IMG/VR virus record: IMGVR_UViG_2534682256_000015
DNA length: 4,553 nucleotides
Source of the DNA: a virus
Lineage: Duplodnaviria > Heunggongvirae > Uroviricota > Caudoviricetes
Reading direction: 5' to 3' (one strand)
A program made the position numbers and the translations under genes. Shown one piece after another: positions 1 to 4,553 of this stretch (its first letter is position 1; each line of letters starts with the position of its first letter). Under the pieces are notes generated by a model. It made no database searches. It saw only the letters and a list, made by a program, of their open reading frames with translations, and was not told where the DNA came from.

Positions 1-57
1 CGGGGGAAAAACGTGTATTTTTAGTCATCCTGTTTACCTCTTTCTCAGGGAGTTTAG

Positions 58-82
58 TCTCCAGGATTCCCGGGGCGGTTCA
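58..82. repeat. Left copy of a 25-bp imperfect inverted repeat (tctccaggaTTCccggggcggttca); partner at 4473-4497 on the opposite strand
   Basis: Direct comparison of 58-82 with the reverse complement of 4473-4497: 9 identical bp, 3 adjacent mismatches (ttc vs aaa), 13 identical bp. Immediately preceded by an in-frame TAG (55-57) and immediately followed by the start of tfa homology. Confidence 0.8.
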
Positions 83-615
83 ATCTGCTGGCCGGAACTA
101 ATGAATTTATTGGTGAAGGTGACGCATACATTCCGCCTCATACAGGTCTGCCAGCAAACAGTACCGATATTGCACCGCCAGATATTCCGGCTGGCTTCGT
201 GGCTGTTTTCAACAGTAATGAGGCATCGTGGCATCTCGTTGAAGATCATCGGGGTAAAACGGTTTATGACGTGGCTTCCGGCGACGCGTTATTTATTTCT
301 GAACTCGGTCCGTTACCGGAAAATGTTACCTGGTTGTCGCCGGATGGAGAGTGTCAGAAGTGGAACGGCACATCCTGGGCGAAAGATGCAGAAGCAGAAA
401 AACTGTTTCGGGTACGGGAGGCAGAAGAAACAAAAAACAGCCTGATGCAGGTAGCCAGTGAGCATATTGCGCCACTTCAGGATGCCGTAGATTTGGATAT
501 TGCGACGGAGGAAGAGGCATCGTTACTGGCTGCATGGAAGACATATCGGGTATTGTTGAATCGTGTTGATACAACAGTAGCAGCGGATGTTGAGTGGCCA
601 GTCGCCCCACAATAA
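79..615 (+). CDS. tfa: Tail fiber assembly protein, lambda Tfa/TfaE type; 5' end atypical, no ATG/GTG/TTG in frame between the TAG at 55-57 and the GTG at 199
   Basis: Frame 1 is open from 58 to the TAA at 613-615. The translation [46 protein letters not shown]...[26 protein letters not shown] matches, from memory, the lambda/e14 Tfa family including the C-terminal EWPxxP end. The ORF-track start at 199 is an internal GTG; the usual N-terminus (about 15 residues) is missing. Confidence 0.8.
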   Translation, partial: FNLLAGTNEFIGEGDAYIPPHTGLPANSTDIAPPDIPAGFVAVFNSNEASWHLVEDHRGKTVYDVASGDALFISELGPLPENVTWLSPDGECQKWNGTSWAKDAEAEKLFRVREAEETKNSLMQVASEHIAPLQDAVDLDIATEEEASLLAAWKTYRVLLNRVDTTVAADVEWPVAPQ

Positions 616-655
616 AAAGAAAAAGCCATCGACAGAAATATCGATGGCTTTATGT
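614..655. terminator. Bidirectional rho-independent terminator between convergent tfa and the acetyltransferase gene
   Basis: Perfect 11-bp stem AAAGCCATCGA (622-632) / TCGATGGCTTT (641-651) with an 8-nt loop. On the - strand the hairpin is followed by TTCTTTTT; on the + strand it is preceded by an A-run and follows the tfa stop directly. Confidence 0.65.
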
Positions 656-658
656 ACT

Positions 659-1231
659 CTATTTATACAATACAACACCACTCTTTTTAGTTATATATGT
701 GCAGTTTGATGGTATATCTTTATTTATAAAAGACATTGCACCTATTTTTACATTATCCCCAATTTTACGTGATAATCCAATGATGCAACAATTAGCTCCG
801 ATATCAACGTTACTACCAATTTTTACTCTTGAACTAGGCATATCACCATCTATCTGTCCAATGGTAGTATTCTGTCGTAATACCAGATTTTCACCCGCAT
901 CAACAGCAAAATGAACAACAATTCCAGCATGATGGGGAATTGTCAACCCTTTTCCAATATTTGCGCCCAATCCTATTTCACAACCAAACTTGTTAATTAT
1001 TTTACTGTTTAACTTTTTGGCTGCTTTCTTATGTAATTTATTACCATTAATATACATTTCGTTAGCCAACCGCCACCAGAAAAGGAAATTCCGGTTACGC
1101 TGCTTTTTCTCTCTTAAAAGCCTCCAGATATCCATACGTTTCCGCCGAATTACTTCATGTTTCCAGAAGTTTTTTAAATTAGTAGAGTTTCCAAATAAAA
1201 CAAAGTGAATTGCCATTAAGTAAGATAGCAC
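659..1231 (-). CDS. Hexapeptide-repeat (left-handed beta-helix) acetyltransferase, CysE/WcaB/EpsC serine-acetyltransferase-like; probable sugar/polysaccharide O-acetyltransferase
   Basis: Translation contains FLFWWRLANEMY...FGCEIGLGANIGKGLTIPHHAGIVVH followed by repeated [LIV]G-x4 hexapeptide units (KIGSNVDIGANCCIIG...KIGDNVKIGAMSF). Preferred start is the GTG at 1231-1229, preceded by AAGGAG (1243-1238) with a 6-nt spacer. Alternative in-frame starts are the GTG at 1264 (ORF-track start, no SD) and the ATG at 1216. Stop TAG at 659-661. Confidence 0.8.
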   Translation of the reverse strand: MLSYLMAIHFVLFGNSTNLKNFWKHEVIRRKRMDIWRLLREKKQRNRNFLFWWRLANEMYINGNKLHKKAAKKLNSKIINKFGCEIGLGANIGKGLTIPHHAGIVVHFAVDAGENLVLRQNTTIGQIDGDMPSSRVKIGSNVDIGANCCIIGLSRKIGDNVKIGAMSFINKDIPSNCTYITKKSGVVLYK

Positions 1232-1282
1232 GATAATCTCCTTAATTATTATTTCAGACCACACATGTTATAAGGTTAAGAG

Positions 1283-1311
1283 ATTATAAAATCCTGTTAT
1301 TTGTTATTCAA
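1283..1311 (-). promoter_or_regulatory. Sigma70-like promoter for the acetyltransferase gene: -35 TTGAAT, 17-bp spacer, -10 TATAAT
   Basis: The reverse complement of 1283-1311 reads TTGAAT-aacaaataacaggattt-TATAAT. It lies about 40-50 nt upstream of the SD/GTG at 1243-1229 in AT-rich DNA. Confidence 0.5.
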
Positions 1312-1344
1312 AAACAATTTTCTGAGAAGGACATACAACAGCAA

Positions 1345-1377
1345 GTCGCCAGTCACCTTCATCAGGAAATTGGCGAC
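1345..1377 (-). terminator. Possible weak terminator hairpin downstream of gpU (7-bp stem GTCGCCA/TGGCGAC, 19-nt loop)
   Basis: Inverted repeat 1345-1351 / 1371-1377 just after the gpU stop (1388-1390). The stem is short, the loop long and the T-tract poor. Confidence 0.25.
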
Positions 1378-1387
1378 ATACGTTAAA

Positions 1388-1882
1388 TCAGAGCAGCCCC
1401 TTAACTGAGCTGGCCGCGCTATTAAGGGATGATGTCACCTTATCTTTGAAGCCGGACAGCATATCGCTGAACGATGAGGATTGCAGGCGCTCCCGCAAAT
1501 CCTCATCACAGCGTTCAAGAGTCAGTGAAAATTCTATCTTTTTCGCCTTACCGTAGCGATCAAACTCGGAGCGGGTCGTATTCGTTCCGGTCAGGACATA
1601 CATGCCGTAAATCTGCCCGACGCCATCAATCAAAGGCCAAGGACGTCCTGTATATGCCTGCGTGGTCAACAACGACAGCGACACTTCGCCACCAGTAATC
1701 TCAGGATAAAGAACACCAGAAAGAACGATGCGATCATCACCTGCACCGATATACTGCCAGCTTGCTGAACGGTTAACGCGTTCATTTTTCACATGTCGCC
1801 AGCTTTTGTTTTGCTGTAACTGCTGATGCGGCAACGTGCGCAGCTCAAAAACAAACATGCCGTAGATCATCATCATGGCCAT
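1388..1882 (-). CDS. Phage tail protein, P2 GpU family
   Basis: 164-aa ORF with ATG at 1882 and TGA at 1388-1390. The pattern FVFELRTLPHQ...SWRH...RVNRS...LSGVLYPEITGG...WPLIDGVGQIYGMYVL...KIEFSLTLER matches my recollection of the GpU family. GAGGAG lies just upstream (1888-1893), overlapping the stop of the preceding ORF. Confidence 0.7.
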   Translation of the reverse strand: MAMMMIYGMFVFELRTLPHQQLQQNKSWRHVKNERVNRSASWQYIGAGDDRIVLSGVLYPEITGGEVSLSLLTTQAYTGRPWPLIDGVGQIYGMYVLTGTNTTRSEFDRYGKAKKIEFSLTLERCDEDLRERLQSSSFSDMLSGFKDKVTSSLNSAASSVKGLL

Positions 1883-1888
1883 GACTCC

Positions 1889-2725
1889 TCAATCTTTATC
1901 GTAAAAACTGCCACGCCTGGCACGGGCGCGCCGTTCCATTTCTGCCCTGACCATTTCGCCGACCAGTTTCGCCAGTTCGCGGGGATTCTGCGTAACAACG
2001 TTATGCAGATGAACATGAATTTCACCGCCAAATCCGGAGGCAACAGGCTCCCGGTTACGGGAAGTTGCAGGAACTGATGCCACTGGCGATCGTATGGCCT
2101 CCACCACCGGGCGGGAGCTGGCCGCAACAACAGGGACCAGCGCCGGAGGCAGCGGAGCCGGGACCACGGGTGTGATATTAATTGCGGGGGCAGGCTTACT
2201 GACCTGCGCAATCTTCCGCTCCTGCCACTCCCCACGAACAGCAAGTGCGCGGGGCAGGTTCTTAAAGACAATATCGCCGGGGCCAATGCGTTTTTTTGTC
2301 TCATCAACCAGCTTACCTGTGTTATCAGCAATTTTGCTGAGTCTGCGTAGCGTGCCGGTATTGCTGTCTGTGAGAGGTTTGTTGTCTTTGGGTTTATCAT
2401 CTCCGGTGCCATTGCTATTTCCCGCAGACTTCGGCGGATTGATTTTCGCAATGTCTCCCTGAAACAGAGCAACCTTGTCCTGAAGAATGGCCGCACGTTG
2501 TGCGTCTTCGATTTTCTTGCGCGCCCTTTCCGCTTCATCCGGAAGCACACCGAGTTTTTCAAGTATCCACGCCAGCGTATCCAGCAACATTTTTGCAGGC
2601 GTCAGAACAAGCTGTAACGCACCACCAAGAACGTTACCGAATACCTCGCCAGCACTGGTACATTTATCCAGCGTTTCCTTGCTGGACTCCATCGGTGACA
2701 GCAGCGATTTAAACCAGTTAAACAC
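1889..2725 (-). CDS. Tape measure protein, C-terminal segment (278 codons from the GTG at 2725); probably the continuation of the 2602-4443 ORF after a frameshift
   Basis: Open frame from the TGA at 2756-2758 to the stop at 1889-1891. It overlaps the 3' end of the upstream TMP ORF by 124 nt in a different frame. Contains a Pro/Ala-rich linker (PAPAINITPVVPAPLPPALVPVV). Its stop overlaps the gpU SD, which suggests translational coupling. Confidence 0.6.
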   Translation of the reverse strand: MFNWFKSLLSPMESSKETLDKCTSAGEVFGNVLGGALQLVLTPAKMLLDTLAWILEKLGVLPDEAERARKKIEDAQRAAILQDKVALFQGDIAKINPPKSAGNSNGTGDDKPKDNKPLTDSNTGTLRRLSKIADNTGKLVDETKKRIGPGDIVFKNLPRALAVRGEWQERKIAQVSKPAPAINITPVVPAPLPPALVPVVAASSRPVVEAIRSPVASVPATSRNREPVASGFGGEIHVHLHNVVTQNPRELAKLVGEMVRAEMERRARARRGSFYDKD

Positions 2726-4443
2726 CTGGCTGAACCGCTTCCGATTACGTCAAAAACAGGGCCAAACCGTTCAAAGGTGTCGCGCAACGGGGTCAGCCTT
2801 TCCATAATCCCGCTGAACACCCCGGCAAAGAAAGCCCTGATAGGATCCCAGTATTTCCAGATAAGAACGGCAGCTCCGGCAAGCGCAGCCACGATAAGAC
2901 CAACCGGACTGAACAACGCCCCGATAACGCCTCCCAGTAAAGAAACGGAACCCGTCACCATTCCCCATAGCGCAGGTAACACCCTGACGACATTCATTGA
3001 CCGGGTAAGAATGTCAAAACCAAGACGCAGGGTGGCCAGCTTCCCGTAAAGCACCCCAATAACCAGCGACAACGAGCCAATCGTTGCAGTCATTGCCAGC
3101 AACGCACCGCCTGCTATCAGTAGCTGGCGCGTCAGTACCGGATGGGCCTGCGCCAGCGAGGTGATTTTTTCAAGCACCCGCGTGAGCCACTGCGTGACAG
3201 AACGCAGCGGACCGTCAACCAGATCACTGATGCGAATACGAAGACCTTCCCATGCGCTGTCGAGATTTTTCAGGTCCCCATCAAGATTATCAGCCATTAC
3301 TTTTGCGACGCGATCGGCCTCTCCCCTTGCCCCCTGCAATTCTCTGGTCAGTTTTTGCAGCTCTCCTGAACCAGCCGCCGCAACAAGCGTCTGCAAACCA
3401 ACGAACGCCTCTTCTCCGGCGATGTCCTTGAAGAAGGAGACCTGGTCCACCTGTCCGTATTTTTGTGTCGCCTTATAGAGATCAAGCAGCACATCCTCCA
3501 TCGGGCGCATTTTGCCTCTGGCGTCAGCAACTGACACCCCCAGCTCTTTCAGTGCATCAGCCGCAGCTTTTGGCGGTGATGCAAGGCGGGACAGACTTGC
3601 GCGCATGGCCGTGCCAGCATCGCTTCCGCGAAGACCATTATTGGCAAGCATCCCGGCCATGGCCGCCGCTTCTTCAAGACTGATACCAAGTTTTGCGGCA
3701 ACCGGACCGGTATACTTCATGGTTTCGCCCAGCGCGCGTAAATCAGTATTGGTCCGGGTAAATGCTGCTGTCAGCGTATCGCCCACCCGGTCCATTTGAT
3801 CGGCTGTCAGGTTGAACTGTGTGAGGATATTGGAGCCTATATCAGCCGTCTCGCCGAGTTCGACGCCACCTGCCAGCGCCATATTAAGAACACCGGGCAA
3901 TGCGGCCTGAATGGCCTGCGGAGTAAAACCAGCCATTGCCAGAAAGCTCTGCCCACTGGCGGCATCACTCGCAGTAAACTGTGTTTCAGCAAGTTTTAAC
4001 GCCTGCTCACGCAGCGCCTTAAACTGCGGGCTGTTTTTGTCGATTCGCGTCAGTGCCTGAACGCGGGACATCTCTTTGCCGAACCCGATCGCAGGCTGCA
4101 AAAAACGCCCGGCAGCATAGCCGCCCGCCGCTGCCGCACCAATTGCCAGCGCACCACCTGTTTTCAGTTTTCCCGCGGTTTCCTGCGCGTGCGAATACCG
4201 CTCACGCGCCTGCGTTACACGCGCAAGCGCCTGCCGTTCGCGTTCAAGCTGGTTGTTGTATTGTTCGGTGCGTCTGATGGCCTGCTGAATGGTGTTATCG
4301 CTGCCTGTCAGGGAAATGCCGTGGCGTTTCAGCTCTCCGCCAAGTTCCCTCATTTTCTGAATTTCCCGTGTGCGCGATTCATTCAGGCGTTCAAGCCGGG
4401 TGCTTAACTGCTGCATCAGCTTTTGTTGTTTTTCGCTGAGCAC
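2602..4443 (-). CDS. Phage tail tape measure protein, N-terminal and central part (613 codons, GTG start)
   Basis: Long Ala/Gly/Leu-rich ORF with a coiled-coil-like N-terminus (EKQQKLMQQLSTRLERLNESRTREIQKMRELGGELKR), a central region typical of tape measure proteins, and hydrophobic segments near the end (LLIAGGALLAMTATIGSLSLVIGVLYG...). The last ~35 codons before the stop at 2602 are Cys/Trp/Arg-rich and look out of frame, while the overlapping frame reads as normal protein. Confidence 0.8.
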   Translation of the reverse strand: MLSEKQQKLMQQLSTRLERLNESRTREIQKMRELGGELKRHGISLTGSDNTIQQAIRRTEQYNNQLERERQALARVTQARERYSHAQETAGKLKTGGALAIGAAAAGGYAAGRFLQPAIGFGKEMSRVQALTRIDKNSPQFKALREQALKLAETQFTASDAASGQSFLAMAGFTPQAIQAALPGVLNMALAGGVELGETADIGSNILTQFNLTADQMDRVGDTLTAAFTRTNTDLRALGETMKYTGPVAAKLGISLEEAAAMAGMLANNGLRGSDAGTAMRASLSRLASPPKAAADALKELGVSVADARGKMRPMEDVLLDLYKATQKYGQVDQVSFFKDIAGEEAFVGLQTLVAAAGSGELQKLTRELQGARGEADRVAKVMADNLDGDLKNLDSAWEGLRIRISDLVDGPLRSVTQWLTRVLEKITSLAQAHPVLTRQLLIAGGALLAMTATIGSLSLVIGVLYGKLATLRLGFDILTRSMNVVRVLPALWGMVTGSVSLLGGVIGALFSPVGLIVAALAGAAVLIWKYWDPIRAFFAGVFSGIMERLTPLRDTFERFGPVFDVIGSGSARCLTGLNRCCHRWSPARKRWINVPVLARYSVTFLVVRYSLF

Positions 4444-4465
4444 TGTACCCGTGCGTTGTAACTGA

Positions 4466-4553
4466 TTAAGGGTGAACCGCCCCGGTTTTCCTGGAGAGTG
4501 TTTTATCTGTGAACTCAGGCTGCCAGATCATCGTTTCCGATGGAAGCATAATA
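4466..4553 (-). CDS. 3' end of an upstream ORF that runs off the window (...MIWQPEFTDKTLSRKTGAVHP*); possibly the frameshift-extended tail assembly chaperone (P2 E+E' / lambda G-T analogue)
   Basis: This frame is open from the window edge to the TAA at 4466-4468, 23 nt upstream of the TMP GTG. A second frame, the -1 partner, terminates earlier at the TGA 4528-4530. The gene is partial and only 29 codons are visible. Confidence 0.3.
   Translation of the reverse strand, partial: IMLPSETMIWQPEFTDKTLSRKTGAVHP
4473..4497. repeat. Right copy of the 25-bp imperfect inverted repeat (reads tctccaggaAAAccggggcggttca on the - strand)
   Basis: See feature 58-82. It lies 30 nt upstream of the TMP GTG start and contains a short internal dyad AACCG-GGG-CGGTT that the left copy lacks. 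Confidence 0.8.

Larger units (their letters stand above)
616..1320. other. AT-rich cargo island (moron), about 27-30% GC against about 55-60% in flanking phage genes; carries one acetyltransferase gene with its own promoter and terminator
   Basis: Hand counts give 16/60 G+C in 661-720 and in 721-780, versus 37/60 in 3601-3660. Boundaries coincide with the tfa stop and a point about 65 bp downstream of the gpU stop. Confidence 0.7.

Noticed and set aside
7-24. A/T hairpin AAAAA-cgtgtat-TTTTT near the window start
   Set aside because: Five A:T pairs only. Too weak to call a terminator or regulatory structure.
58-82. The inverted repeat as a Hin/Gin/Pin-family crossover site (hix/gix-like)
   Set aside because: The 26-bp hix/gix consensus (TTATCNAAAACC-NN-GGTTTNNGATAA) is not matched. 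Only a loose AAAACC...GGTT resemblance exists, and the internal dyad is present in the right copy only. A recombination role is still possible but not as a canonical hix site.
34-249. 71-aa - strand ORF antisense to the tfa 5' region
   Set aside because: Antisense to a well-supported gene, Cys/Arg/Trp-rich, with no start context. Typical chance ORF.
101-445. 114-aa + strand ORF starting at the ATG at 101
   Set aside because: It lies entirely within the tfa region in a different frame. The tfa frame carries the clear homology, while this translation has no recognisable features ([15 protein letters not shown]...). Most likely a spurious overlapping ORF.
594-1208. Plus-strand ORFs 594-914 and 990-1208 inside the AT-rich island
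   Set aside because: Both are antisense to the acetyltransferase gene, which has the hexapeptide-repeat signature, SD and promoter. Their translations are low-complexity Leu/Phe/Ile-rich as expected from AT-rich antisense sequence.
1873-2562. 229-aa - strand ORF (1873-2562) and 122-aa + strand ORF (2094-2462) overlapping the TMP C-terminal region
   Set aside because: These are alternative frames of GC-rich coding DNA. Translations are Arg/Ser/Pro-rich with no domain-like features, and the TMP frame explains the region.
2771-4407. Multiple 60-105-aa ORFs on both strands within the TMP gene (for example 2777-3049, 3161-3478, 3512-3799, 4053-4277)
   Set aside because: All are embedded in the long TMP ORF in other frames or antisense, as expected in high-GC coding sequence. 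None has independent support.
58-4497. The inverted repeats as terminal inverted repeats of a transposon or IS
   Set aside because: No transposase or IS-like ORF lies between them; the content is phage tail genes plus a moron. No flanking direct target-site duplication is evident.
1-4553. CRISPR arrays, tRNA/rRNA genes, integrase or att sites
   Set aside because: No regularly spaced direct repeats, no tRNA-like cloverleaf candidates and no recombinase ORF were seen in the window.

Overview
This window looks like a mosaic, probably degenerate, prophage tail region from an enterobacterial genome (ca. 55-60% GC) carrying a small AT-rich cargo island. On the + strand there is a lambda/e14-type tail fiber assembly gene (tfa, homology from ~79 to 615) with no canonical start codon at its 5' end. 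Converging on it from the - strand are a P2-type tail operon segment: a tape measure protein (4443->2602, continuing in another reading frame to 1889, so a frameshift or two overlapping ORFs) and a GpU-like tail protein (1882->1388). Between gpU and tfa lies a ~0.7 kb island of ~30% GC (616-1320) encoding a hexapeptide-repeat (CysE/WcaB-like) acetyltransferase with its own sigma70-like promoter, strong Shine-Dalgarno and a terminator hairpin shared with tfa. The most unusual signal is a 25-bp imperfect inverted repeat (22/25 identical; 58-82 and 4473-4497) that brackets the whole tfa-to-TMP block and sits exactly where tfa homology begins. All identifications are by reading the translations and sequence by eye; no database search was possible.
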